A DNA stretch of 63,763 nt, the filler included, from Octopus bimaculoides (Eukaryota): assembly GCF_001194135.2 (NCBI RefSeq). It is 5 parts of 4 records of this genome, joined end to end, with 100 filler letters (N's around TTAATTAATTAA, not from the genome) between each part and the next. Parts side by side here need not be neighbours in the genome. Positions count along the whole stretch, not along the records: positions 1 to 15,653 come from NC_068983.1; 4 more parts are not named here. One strand, written 5' to 3'. Every line of letters begins with the position of its first letter. Within the stretch, counting starts at the first letter, position 1. A program made the translations under genes and the position numbers. Below are positions 1-12,143 of the stretch, in pieces. The notes beneath the pieces were generated by a model. The model saw nothing but the letters and a program-made list of their open reading frames with translations. It had not been told where the DNA came from and ran no database searches.

Positions 1-457
1 TTCCATAAATTAATTGTGACATTTTTTCTGTGACTTAATTTTTTTATGCTCCTTTTTAAAGCCTAGCCAGGCTCATGGGCCCGGTTTCCCGGTTTCTATG
101 GCGTATGTGTTCCCCACCCCAGCTGGACGGGACGCCAGTCCATCGCAGCGTTACTCAAAAAATAGGAAGAAAGAGCGAGAGAAAGTTGGGACGAAAGAGT
201 ACACAGGGGTTGCCACCACCCCCTACCGGAGCCTCGTGGAGCATTAGGTGTTTTCGCTCAATAAACACACACAACGCCCGGTCTGGGAATCGAAACCGCG
301 ATCCTCCGACCGCGAGTCTGCTGCCCTAACCACTGGGCCATTGCGCCTCCACGACTTTATTACCAACCACCATAAATTAATCGTGACTTTTTTTCCTAGT
401 CAAAACTGTGACTTTATTACTGTGAATTTTTCTCCTGTGACTTTATTACCGGTCACC
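1..457. mobile_element. Partial non-autonomous DNA element with arrays of TGTGAC(T)n subrepeats ending in ...TTATTACCGGTCACC, interrupted by a SINE; superfamily unassigned
   Basis: CATAAATTAA-TGTGAC...TTATTACCGGTCACC matches 13755-13842. Confidence 0.6.
39..352 (-). mobile_element. tRNA-derived SINE (family A), full length
   Basis: Minus strand has A box TGGCCCAGTGG, B box GGTTTCGATTCC and an A-rich tail; GACTT occurs at both junctions (short TSD); second copy at 37855-38018. Confidence 0.9.
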
Positions 458-568
458 TAACATTCATGTGCTACTTCGATGTGGCTACTCGCTTTACTGT
501 TTAGCATACGTTACTACTTTATCTCTTCTTAAGATTTTATAACTAGCTATTTTGCTTTTATATATATA

Positions 569-1523
569 TGTAAGAACGACCGTGCGAACCCAAAAAGGAG
601 AAATGGTAACGAATGGAAAAAAACAGGACTCCTTTTATTTAAACGCGTCACACGGTCGAACACAAAATTTATATCAAAGATGATATATATATGTTATACT
701 ACGATAACATAGTGATTTCGTAAATGACCAGTAATGGAAGACGATAGAACACAACCGATAGAGATGAATAACAGAAATATTTATTGTAGCGTTAATATGT
801 ATGTCTGTGTGTGAGTGTGAATGCGACATATTAAAACATAATAAAAGACAGACCGTCGTATAAAGAAAAGAGTGTGTGTAAGTAATACATGTATGTGTAT
901 GCGTGATATACAGCAGATAGAAAGAGTCAGTAACACGTGTGAGCATTTGCCGGTTTGTTGAGTACACAATAGGAAGAGTCTGTTCGTCGCAGGCTGAGTT
1001 CTTGTCTGTTATTTATCGTGGTGAAGATGAATCACACAAACAAAATCGAAGAGAGATGTGCCGCGGTAGTTTGGTTAGTTGGTGTACGTAGAAATCATGT
1101 TGATGATGTTGGCGAATCTTGTAGTTCGTAGTGTCGTGTTGACTGGCGGCGATGATGCTGGTGGTAGTCGTGGAGTCGTGTTGATGTAGTCGCTGGAACT
1201 GCTGCTGCTGATCTGTGTGGTACACGGAACAGTCTCTAAGAGAACTGAACCGAGACGAATTTTGCCGCTGAATTTAGGCTATTTAAAGCAAATTAGGGGC
1301 TCCAGGAAAGGATTAGAAAAACACTATCACGTGACCTTATTAGGAGCTGTGATTGGTCAGTTTGCGTTCTGGCGGGAACGGTACGAAGCAGTTGCCGATT
1401 CAAATAATAATCAGTCACGTGATAACAGGGAAATATGTTTTCTACTACGCCCGCGCTTGTATATATATAATAGTAAGAAGATGTGTTTGTTTGTATATAA
1501 TAGCGATAGGTAGTTTCACTACA
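569..1523 (-). mobile_element. Probable solo LTR (955 bp) inserted in (TA)n
   Basis: TGTA...TACA termini with TATA on both sides; on the minus strand two CACGTG, a CCAAT, TTTAAATA, then AATAAA (639-634) followed by a U/GU-rich tract near the end. Confidence 0.7.
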
Positions 1524-3054
1524 TATATATATATATATATCTTCCATGATTTACTACATTGTAACAGCGTATTAAAGTCCAACGGTGTTTTATTAATTGA
1601 GGTTTTAATTACCGTGGATAAATTTATGCATCAATTCTATATATAAATAAACACTTTATATTCACATTTGCGGGTTGGTTCTATTCCATGTCAACAAATA
1701 ATTAAATGTAAGGGCGCCGAAATACAGAATGTCCAGGCACTAGCGTAACTAAAGTGTGTGCTGGCCTTCTGTTTGCCGCCCTGGGACCCCACAAAAAACA
1801 CATACTGCCAACAGCATTGGCCTACAACAGGATGAAAAGTACCGCCTCCTAGCTGTGTCCAGGGCACCAGCAACCCTAAGGTCAGCTCTGCAACCTAATA
1901 TCGTTCTCTAATGAAAGATTTAGATATACCTTTACATCGCGATAGAAATAAACTTAACTTTCACTTATTAGGCGTCCTTCCGCTTGGCCGGACGTGTGAC
2001 TGAATTATTAGCGTGTCGGTTAAATAAACTATATTTTGATATAGCGCTTTACGTTCTTAGTTCAAATCTTGTCAAGATAAATTTTGCCTTTCATCACTCT
2101 GGAATGGATTATGTACCAGTCAAGTACTTGGATTGTTGATATCGTTTGACTCCTCGCCTAAATTTCTGATCTTTATGGAAGCAAACGTCTGCTTAAATTT
2201 TAGTTTATTAGAAAGAGTGAACCAAAAGACATTTTAGACATAATGTTAAAGAAAGTTTAGATAATTAACTGGTTATCTATCCAGTGTCATCAAAAATACT
2301 ATCTGATATTTAGTAAGTACTTCTCAATTTTGTCTTTAGTCATCATGAATTTAAATGAAACGAGTTCCTTGTCGATAAGTAATAACTTGTTCACACCCTT
2401 AGCAACTCAAGAGCACACTAGATGTTAGCTTAACTTGATTTAAGCTAGTTAGTGTATTAACTCTCCACTGTTGCTGGCAAACCTACTTAAAATAAATAAA
2501 TGCGTGTATAGAAATTTAAACTATAAATCGTTTTTACAGTGAGTTAGCCTTTTCAAGGCTACATATAGTCAAAGGTAATGGTATTAAATACTTACTAGAT
2601 ATAACAGTAGTTAATTGTGAATTACGTATTCGGTGAGCACGTAAATCAGGTTATTGGTTCGTTGGAAAGTAGGAAGATTTCTGCATCTGCAATGTTCACC
2701 TCCCACTTGCGATTGCTCGACAACTATAAATATTAATCCATTTACAGAAGTATACAAAAGCACAGAAAATTACATTTGAAATCAGCGCTTGCCTTCAAAT
2801 TAGACATGTGTATGCTTATGACAAACTGGTAGTCTTTTTCAGTCCCACAAAAAAGTTGACTTTCTTCATCCCAAGCTAATTCCAATCATTAGTTTCTATC
2901 CTTTACACCATATATTTTATCTAATTGTCCTTTCAATTTTATTTGCCTTTTAATATCCCATTCCCTATTACCTGAAATACATATTTAATGCTTAACTGGT
3001 TTATATCCACTTCACTGAACACAGCAATCTATTACGAGTTAGGTGAAAGAAGAG

Positions 3055-3152
3055 AAAAGACTACGACATGTAAACAGCGTTCAAATGATAGTTTGCGTGT
3101 TAGTTGATGAGCAGTCAGGTGAGACGAAGAGCTATTGAGATTCGCCGAAGCT
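3055..3152 (+). repeat. Unclassified dispersed repeat (copy 1)
   Basis: Aligns to the reverse complement of 10372-10482 (GCGTGTTA..GA(T/C)GAGCAG(T/C)CAGGTGAGACGAAGAG). Confidence 0.65.
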
Positions 3153-4782
3153 TTACTAAACAATATTTACAGGAGTGTTTCCGGAACGAATTGCTTTATT
3201 TTTTATTCAATGCCCATTATCCTTAACAGTTGAGGTATTTAATTTAGTGTTTATTTACCTTGTCATATATAGATGGACAATTTTAACTGGTTTTGTATGT
3301 ATTGTTGATTTATTTGTTGTCCCAGCTGTTAGTGAACTTCATTCTTTAGTATTTGTCCAGGTTTTTAAATCATTATTGATGAGCATGCAGGATTACAGAC
3401 GGTTTGTACCCCATGAACTTCTCTTCGCAGTCTAACCATCCAAGTAGAGTAAAAGTGTCATGAGTAAACACAGACTATCGTTTGTAAACAATAATGAATG
3501 CAAGATTCATCTCCCATCCTGAGTATAATTGAACCATGGAGAACTGGAGAGGATACCACGAAATTTCACCAGTGAAGCTTGCCTTAAATTACTACACAAA
3601 AGCTTGTTAATTAATTTTCCGTAAGGATATGTATTTAGTCGTGCTCTAAAGCAACTTGGGGAGTAGGATCCCAAAGAGAATAGCGTCAAGTCGATGAGCA
3701 AATTATCTTGATAAAGATCTGCTTAGCTCTTACTATATTCAAAGAAGTCATAGTCAAAACTGTGTGCACAAAACAGCTCACTGATAACAGGTTCAATGAA
3801 AATAATCCCAGAAGAGCGTCTACAGATGTTAAGAGATACACTTAACAAGAGCCAAGCCGGTAACATAATTTATGTGTCGTAACATGCGGTGATTGTGTAC
3901 CTTTTCTTTCATTTCCTTCACAGCTGAAGTCAATTTTATCAAACTACTTAAAGCAATCGAACGAGAATGCAATTGATATAGTATTTACTAAGTCAACAGT
4001 CGACTTGGTACTCTCTACTACCCACCTTTTCATAATTCATTTAATTTTTAGACTCACTTTTTGAAAATTGCTTCATTTGGAAATTACTTTATTGTCATCA
4101 CTTTTACTTTGAAATATTCAATCAGTGATAAATTAAGATGCTACTGTTCAAAGTTTGCTTTGGAGCAGTTCTGTTTCAGAGTAGTAAGGTCCAGAAAAAA
4201 GGAAATGCCGAACATCCTGCACTTCATTTTGTACAAACAATATAGAACGAACGGTTAATTTTCTAAAGTGCAAACGTTCTCCGCTGATACAATTTTTCGT
4301 TCTCAAATTAATTTTGAGTAAACATAATTTAATGTAGATAAATATAATACTTGCCACTCTTCTGCTATAGAGCCTTATTGTATTAAAAGGGCTTTTCGAA
4401 TGACTTACTTTCAAAACTTAATACGGTCGACCTAGGTGTGAATTCGTAGAATCGTTTGAGTGGTATTTCTTCTGACTTTCAGCACTCTGAACTCAAACAC
4501 TACCACGACCAATTTGCCTTTCGTCCTTGTATTGGTAAAATGAAGTACCACTTCAGGAGATTGAATTAGTGAACTGTTGGGAAATACAAACACGAAAGAC
4601 GACACATAGCATTTGTCAAGGAAGTCACCAGTGAGCAGTGGTCAACCTTATGGTCTAGGCAGGAAGCCATATGTATTAGAAGACTTAATAAAGCTGCTGA
4701 CCTAGTTACAAATAGCGAAAGCGATTGATCAATATTTCTTAGGTAGTGTACGACACTACTTATGCAGTTCACTTTTTTATTA

Positions 4783-4830
4783 TCTCTCTCTCTCTCTCTC
4801 TCTCTATTTTTTTCTCTCTCTCTCTCTATC
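4783..4830. repeat. (TC)n microsatellite
   Basis: Direct reading. Confidence 0.95.
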
Positions 4831-5981
4831 TGCTGCCAGAAACCGTTAAAGTGTGGGGTAGGGATGCCTTGGCTGATGATGCGCAAGTATGCGCTGAGGT
4901 TGAGACACCTCTGGCGCTACCTGGATGGAGAGCAGGTGTGGTCACCGCATGTCAAGCTCCTTTTTCCACAATTGACGTCCCTGTGGGACGTAGGCACATG
5001 GATCAAGTGGAGACCCAGAATGGAAGAATGGCAGATGGAGTGCAGACAAGCACTCACTCTGTTTTTCCGGGCGGGCAATACCAGCAGCGAGGCTACCACT
5101 GCGGATTTTTATAGAGGGTTGGTAGAGTATGAGTCCGACGACGTCCTAAGGGAGGCTCTAGGCTTCGATGAGGAACAACTAACCAGCCTGTTCGGAAGGA
5201 CATTCGGGCCGAGGTATCTGGATAACTTCCAGAAATCCCTGGCTTGGCTGTGCTATCGATTGGCCTCGCCGGTTCGAGAGAAGTTGTCGAGACAAGGGGT
5301 TTGACACCTCCACATGCCTGAGGTGCGGGCGCGTCAGTGAAACTGTTGCCCACGCCTTCGTACATTGTGAAGAGCTGTGGGAATTGATAACCTATGTCGA
5401 ACAACTGATGTCGGATGCGGAAAGAGTACGGCTCTCGACTGACTCCATGATTAAGATTGCACCGCCTTCCTCCTTTAACAAGGAAAGGAAAGCACTTTTA
5501 TTTTCTGCGTAGTAGCCGTACTGAAAGATACAGTATGGATGACACGTGCAAAAGGAATTGAGACAAGCTATTTTACCCCCGGACACGGGTTGGTAAGTCA
5601 TTTCGACTACCACCTGTTAAGAAAGCTCCGTCTAGAGAAAAGGTGTCTGCCTCAAAGTGTGTTCGAAAAATGATAGATGACTATTGTAAGGAAGTTGAGA
5701 GTGAATGGGGCTGTGCTAGTGTAGCCGGTCAAGGCGAAAAAAAGAACGAAAAATAAAGAAAAAAAAAGGAAAAAACTGTCGGGTTAAATAAAAACCCAAG
5801 AACTCTATTTTTAACCATTATATTTTTACTCGCATTTCCCTTTCTCGATTTAATGTTCGATTTATCATCTCGATTTATTCCAATTTATCATGATTGTAAC
5901 CTCAGCCCTTTATAAGACTGTCGTTGTTTTATCCCTGCCCCTGTTCTGTCCTTTCTATGTATGCCCCTATAAGCAAATAAA
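4822..5981 (+). mobile_element. 5'-truncated Tx1/L1-clade LINE: post-RT region, CCHC zinc knuckle and 3' UTR
   Basis: KPLKCGVGMPWL..LRLRHLWRYL..DNFQKSLAWLCYR then, after a frameshift, CLRCGRVSETVAHAFVHC (C-x2-C-x7-H-x4-C); 3' UTR ends in AATAAA right at the gap. Confidence 0.85.
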
Positions 5982-6857
5982 NNNNNNNNNNNNNNNNNNN
6001 NNNNNNNNNNNNNNNNNNNNNNNNNNNNNNNNNNNNNNNNNNNNNNNNNNNNNNNNNNNNNNNNNNNNNNNNNNNNNNNNNNNNNNNNNNNNNNNNNNNN
6101 NNNNNNNNNNNNNNNNNNNNNNNNNNNNNNNNNNNNNNNNNNNNNNNNNNNNNNNNNNNNNNNNNNNNNNNNNNNNNNNNNNNNNNNNNNNNNNNNNNNN
6201 NNNNNNNNNNNNNNNNNNNNNNNNNNNNNNNNNNNNNNNNNNNNNNNNNNNNNNNNNNNNNNNNNNNNNNNNNNNNNNNNNNNNNNNNNNNNNNNNNNNN
6301 NNNNNNNNNNNNNNNNNNNNNNNNNNNNNNNNNNNNNNNNNNNNNNNNNNNNNNNNNNNNNNNNNNNNNNNNNNNNNNNNNNNNNNNNNNNNNNNNNNNN
6401 NNNNNNNNNNNNNNNNNNNNNNNNNNNNNNNNNNNNNNNNNNNNNNNNNNNNNNNNNNNNNNNNNNNNNNNNNNNNNNNNNNNNNNNNNNNNNNNNNNNN
6501 NNNNNNNNNNNNNNNNNNNNNNNNNNNNNNNNNNNNNNNNNNNNNNNNNNNNNNNNNNNNNNNNNNNNNNNNNNNNNNNNNNNNNNNNNNNNNNNNNNNN
6601 NNNNNNNNNNNNNNNNNNNNNNNNNNNNNNNNNNNNNNNNNNNNNNNNNNNNNNNNNNNNNNNNNNNNNNNNNNNNNNNNNNNNNNNNNNNNNNNNNNNN
6701 NNNNNNNNNNNNNNNNNNNNNNNNNNNNNNNNNNNNNNNNNNNNNNNNNNNNNNNNNNNNNNNNNNNNNNNNNNNNNNNNNNNNNNNNNNNNNNNNNNNN
6801 NNNNNNNNNNNNNNNNNNNNNNNNNNNNNNNNNNNNNNNNNNNNNNNNNNNNNNNNN
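5982..6857. other. Assembly gap (representative of about 19 N runs in the window)
   Basis: N run. Confidence 1.
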
Positions 6858-7873
6858 GTTGAACTTTATAATTTCTCCGACGAACAATTTTCACATTGAC
6901 TCTTTTCTTTTTATGATTGCTTTCCCGCTGAAAAGAATAAAAAGAAGTTGAATGAAATTCTTGGCAAATAATGAGAAAAATAAAATTAGGAACAGAAAAG
7001 AAAAAAAATTATGTAATGAAATTTATCTATCTAGTAAGTGAATCTTTCCTTCGTATTTTTTTTATCGTCTGCCTCTATTCAATGATAAGCATCAGCTTCA
7101 TCAGGGAGGAGGGAGTCTAGAAAGTTTTGATAACAGTATACAGGCTTTTAAAATAAAAACCGTATTCTAAGAACTGCAGCTTGTGCAACGAAAAGAAGGG
7201 GGAACGTAACAATAGCAGTTTAATGAAAAACAAAGACAAAATTTCCAACCCATGTTATTCAACTACTTTATTCAGCGCCTAATTCTTTTCTTTGTTCTCT
7301 CTGTCGTCTTTCCCTCTATTCCTTTGTTTCCTATATTCCCCTCCCCATCTCTCCCCATCCTCTCCTCCCCTCCCTCTCTCTCGGCATTTTTCTTCTTCCT
7401 TTCCAAATTGTCCCACTTTTTGTTTTGTTTTTTACAATGATTTTCTCGGTTCCATCCTCCGCCATATTCCCACCACTTTATCTCAAATATTTCGTCACTG
7501 TTCTCGTGCATTTTTTTTCTTCTGAGTTTCGGTGATTTCTCTATCCCACTTTGTATTCACTATCATATTTATTCTCTACTTTCTCCCTGATACCCCCTAC
7601 AATCATTTTAGTGCATGACTAATTACATATCTTTATGTAAAATTAATTCATTTGTCCGTATGTACTGATTTCTGAGAGAATACACTCATGAGACTTAGTA
7701 GTGCTTTCTCTAGATTTGAATTATAACAATGGTGGGATTTCGTGGTGTCTGCTCACCAAAATAAGCTAACAAAACACTGGTCATTCATAAAGCTATCCAG
7801 TTGTTTATGAAAGATTGAACTATACATACATACATACATACATACATACATACATACATACATACATACGTGT

Positions 7874-7909
<36 letters not shown>

Positions 7910-8239
7910 AATGCGATTTTATTCTCTGTCTGTAAAATTTCTGAAAGAAGATATTTTATGTTTCTCCTATATGTACAATTTTGTACCTCTTATGAGCAAA
8001 TGCAATACGTGTAATAGTGAGTAAATAATAGCAAAATTTTTCCAATCTCCTGTTTTGATTTGTAATAAACTCTGCAAAAAATATTTTCCAGTATTTTTCA
8101 AGTCTCATGCATGTTTCGCACAATTATAACATCTGCATACAATTTTGGGGTACTGGAATAAGCAAATGTGCTTCAAGAGGACACAGCTTGGATTATAACC
8201 CTATCTATTATATATACACATACATATACATATATATTT

Positions 8240-8422
8240 TTTTCTTTCATTTCTTTCAGTCATTTGACTGCGGCCATGCTGGAGCACAGATCGACCCCAT
8301 GATTTATTCTTTGTAAGCCTAGTACTTATTCTGTCGGTATATTTTGCCGAACCGCCAAGTTACGGGGACGTAAACACACCGGCATCGGTTGTCAAGTGAT
8401 GGTAGGGGGACAAACACAGACA

Positions 8423-8454
<32 letters not shown>

Positions 8455-8772
8455 NNNNNNNNNNNNNNNNNNNNNNNNNNNNNNNNNNNNNNNNNNNNNN
8501 NNNNNNNNNNNNNNNNNNNNNNNNNNNNNNNNNNNNNNNNNNNNNNNNNNNNNNNNNNNNNNNNNNNNNNNNNNNNNNNNNNNNNNNNNNNNNNNNNNNN
8601 NNNNNNNNNNNNNNNNNNNNNNNNNNNNNNNNNNNNNNNNNNNNNNNNNNNNNNNNNNNNNGGTCGGCCCGAGGCTATAGAAGAAGACACTTGCCCAAGG
8701 TGCCACGCAGTGGGAGTGAAAACCCGGAACCATGTGGTTGATAAGCAAGCTACTTATCACCCTGCCACTCCT
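8240..8772 (-). mobile_element. CORE-type tRNA SINE (family B) with central (TA)n and a gap
   Basis: GTGGCACCTTGGGCAAGTGTCTTCT core-like block and CCAGCATGGCCGCAGTCAAATGACTGAAA 3' end, both on the minus strand. Confidence 0.85.
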
Positions 8773-8773
8773 T

Positions 8774-8817
<44 letters not shown>

Positions 8818-9334
8818 CGCACAGACAGATACAGTAATTTAGAGGAGGGTGGGTTATGTCTCCCACTTCTGTAAGCCCTCCTAGACTAGTGAGCTTGAAG
8901 TGAGAGTTGGAAAACGATACGAATGGCCACAGGATGAAAATAGCTAGAGTGCGATAGTGACTGACTCATCGGCAATTAGTTAAATGACATTCTTTTGATG
9001 CAGTCTAGAATGTTCGTGTGTGTTAGCAGTAACATTGTTCTAGATATATGAGCTATACTTTAATGCTTGTCTTGGTCAAGGTTTTTTTTGTTTTTTTAAT
9101 CAAGGCTAAGCTATTTTCTAGTCCCAAAACGAAGGTCATTTTTGTAAATTCTCACCCTCCTCACAATCTCATAGAATCTGTAAAATGTTCATAGGCGTTT
9201 GTGTTTCTTCCTATGACTAAGTTATACACGAAAAATAATATATTTGCGAATGTGTTTTGTAAGCTAATGAGAGGTTGTAAGTCCTAGCATTTGAACGACT
9301 TGAAGTTTATCTGTGTGTTGTTAATATGAAACTA

Positions 9335-9618
9335 GCACTCCGTCGATTACGACGACGCGGGTTCCAGTTGATTCGATCAACAGCATAGCCTGCTCGTGAA
9401 ATTAACGTACAAGTGGTCGAGCACTTCACAGACACGAGTACCCTTAACGTAGTTCTCAGGGAGATTCAGCGTGATTCAATTACAGGTACTACTCATTTTT
9501 GCCAGCTGTGTGAACTGGAGCAACGTGAAATAAAGTGTCTTGCTCATGGGCACAAGGCACCGTCAGGAATCGAACTCGTGATCGTTAGCCAAATACTCTA
9601 ACCACTAAAATACGCGCC
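9335..9618 (-). mobile_element. tRNA-derived SINE (family D)
   Basis: Head GTGGTTAGAG..GAGTTCGATTCC and body CAAGACACTTTATTTCACGTTGCTCCAG; homologous to 37247-37565 and 53295-53585. Confidence 0.85.
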
Positions 9619-9767
9619 TTCGCAGTCTAGATATATACTGTTGAAAAAAGAATAGTTTGTTTTGTCCCTATTGAAAGATGTTTTCGAAGTCTCACCTTGG
9701 CTGCGCAAATTTGTCCTAAGATACCTAGGGTAGATGATACTTGATAAAGAGAAATAAGCAATATACT

Positions 9768-9978
9768 TTTCTGCTCTAGGCACAAGGCCCGAAATTTTGG
9801 GGGGAGGGGGCCAGTCGATTAGATTGACCGCAGTACGCAACTGGTACTTAATTTATCGACCCCGAAAGGATGAAAAGCAAAGTCGACCTCGGTGGAATTT
9901 GAAAATTGGAATGTAAAGACAGACGAAATACCGCTAAGCATTTCGCTCGCGTGCTAACGTTTCTGCCAGCTCGCCGCC
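9768..9978 (-). mobile_element. SINE family C (Meta-domain-like body), tail type 1
   Basis: GTCGACTTTGCTTTTCATCCTTTCGGGGTCGATAAATTAAGTACCAG block; tail CCCAAAATTTCGGGCCTTGTGCC. Confidence 0.85.
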
Positions 9979-10371
9979 ATAGAAGTAATCAATATCAGTA
10001 TGAAATTGTATTTTTCCATCCCATAAAATCTATGTTCAGCCTGAGTTATTACCCTGATTTCGTCTAGAGCCAATTGCTCCTGACAAAGGCTCTGTGCGAT
10101 ACCAGTCATGCGATACATTGAATGATCGTTAATGTATACCTTACTGATTTTAAAAACATGGACAAATACATAAAACATGAAAATAGCGACGATTGGAACA
10201 ACAAATATATTAAAAAAAGTAATTAACTACAATTGTCTATGTAATATTTATATATGGCGGTGTAAGTAAGATCTGATACATCAGATCTTTCTTGCTGCAT
10301 TGAATAAACAATAAAGCAATTTGTTCCAGAAAAACCTTCTGTAAACATTGTTTAGTTAAGCTTCAGTGTAG

Positions 10372-10482
10372 CTCAGTAACTCTTCGTCTCACCTGGCTGC
10401 TCGTCATTTAACACGCAAGCTAATATTTGAAGTTCTTTTTTTAGCGCTGTTTGTATGTTATGGTCTTTTCTTTGACCAGACC
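10372..10482 (-). repeat. Unclassified dispersed repeat (copy 2)
   Basis: Homologous to 3055-3152. Confidence 0.65.
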
Positions 10483-10560
10483 TGATAGGTTACTATCTTC
10501 AGCTGAATGGATATTAACTGATTAAGTTGTAAATATAAACTGAAGCTGTTATTTTAAAAT

Positions 10561-10736
10561 ATGTGCTTACCGTCATTTCGTCCGTCTTTACGTTATGAGT
10601 TCGAATCCTGTCGGAGTCGACTTTGCCTTTCATCCTTCGAGGTCTATAAAATAAGTACAAGTTGAGCACTGGGGTCGATGCACTCAACTTAGCCTCTCCT
10701 CCAGAATTACTGGTCTTGTGGCAAAATTTGAAACCA
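10561..10736 (+). mobile_element. SINE family C, 5'-truncated, tail type 1
   Basis: GTCGACTTTGCCTTTCATCC..AAGTAC..GGGGTCGAT..AAAATTTGAAACCA. Confidence 0.8.
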
Positions 10737-11929
10737 TCCTTTTAAAACAAGTTTAAGAATAACAACAGAACTTTTACTGAAGAAGGAGGCTCAGTACTGA
10801 GAATATAAATAGATTTATGAAATTTGTATTGATTAGGACATCAAATTTTGCCTGATAACTTATTTAACCCTATCAACATGAATTTTACAATAAATAACAA
10901 ATACGTCATGGTAAATAAGCGCTAGAACAAAGCTGTGGTGACCCCATTCCCTTTTATGCCCTAAACACATCGTTTAATAGTTTATCCGGACTTGCAAATA
11001 CCTAAGATATTCCGCAAGCAGTTTGATACACTTACTACTGTGATGTATACCTTGATGAATTTAGAAATCATTGAAATTCTTTTGAAAGGTGTCACTCGTT
11101 TTATTCGTTATCAACATGCTCTTGCGTGTATTATCTCTTTGATAAAAACTCTTCAGTGTTGCCTCTCTATCATAAAATGACATATCAAAGTTAATGCCGC
11201 TATTTTCTTCAGTGAACAATGTCCTCATATTTCGTTTTAAATTGAAATAGCTAATGGGCTAATTAATTTTTAACTCTCTGCAGTGTGAAGATCTTTAAAG
11301 ATATATAAATGACAAGAACAAGAAATCTCCAGCTTTTGTACCACAAAATGCCAGCGAACGATGAAACTTCCAGGATAGATTCCTCATGAAAGATTGTGTT
11401 TGGTTAACGATCTCTCGTCTAATTATGGGATAATGGGCACTAATGGAAATATGTTTAAATTAAATTAATTGAAATGTTGTTCTTGTTGTTGCTGTTTAGC
11501 TTCTTGATTGAACCGGCCTATAATCAAAGGCATTCCTTTACGTCAAAGATTACATTATCAAATAGACTGCTTCCTTTTTAATACGGTCAAATGGAATTTA
11601 AAGGAATTTAGCTGCTGTTTCTAAAAGATCGAATCACCACGTACGGACTTTTGCGTTTTCACGATCATCCCATTGGGAAGGACCCCAGTAGTCAACTATT
11701 TTTGTTACTTAGAAGGACAGTCAAATGATCCTTTTAGTGGAACACTATTACAATTTCCTCGCGAGAGAAGTTGAGCTGTGAACTACGGTAACCTTCCAAA
11801 ATAACGGAAAGCCTTAACTGACAGCACTTTTTAAAAGTTGTACAGTAAAAAAAACAAACTGCAGATAACATCAAACTAAATTACTTAAACTAAAACAGAT
11901 TCAATGCCACCTCCCCCCACCAATATCTA

Positions 11930-12143
11930 GGCAGCGAATTTGCAGAATCTTTAGCGCACCGGACAAAATGCTTAGCGACATTCCTTTCCACTTTACGTTT
12001 AGAGTTCAAATGCCACCGTGGTCGACTTTGCCTTTCATCCTTTCGGGATCGATAAAATAAGTACCAATTGAGCAGTGAGGTCGATGCAATCGACTTACGC
12101 CTTGCCCTCGAAATTGCTGGCCTTGTGCCAAAATTTGAAACCA
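11930..12143 (+). mobile_element. SINE family C, tail type 1
   Basis: Same diagnostic blocks. Confidence 0.85.

Noticed and set aside
270-352. tRNA genes at SINE heads (also about 32545-32620, 42610-42670 and 48320-48371)
   Set aside because: A and B boxes are present but there is no complete cloverleaf or acceptor stem, and each continues into SINE body
1738-1893. Possible hAT-like MITE
   Set aside because: Termini too degenerate and no 8-bp TSD found
2415-2457. Short imperfect hairpin (ACACTA/TAGTGT, TAGCTTA/TAAGCTA)
   Set aside because: Too short and AT-rich for a pre-miRNA call; expected by chance
5890-6951. Long ORFs spanning N runs (here and at 17.1-18.4, 20.5-21.2, 22.3-23.2, 28.9-32.0, 42.8-43.4, 45.2-47.7 and 48.2-48.8 kb)
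   Set aside because: Mostly X residues from gaps plus microsatellite translations
10372-10482. Apparent exon with a CAG|GTGAG donor
   Set aside because: The same sequence occurs at 3055-3152 on the opposite strand, so it is a dispersed repeat
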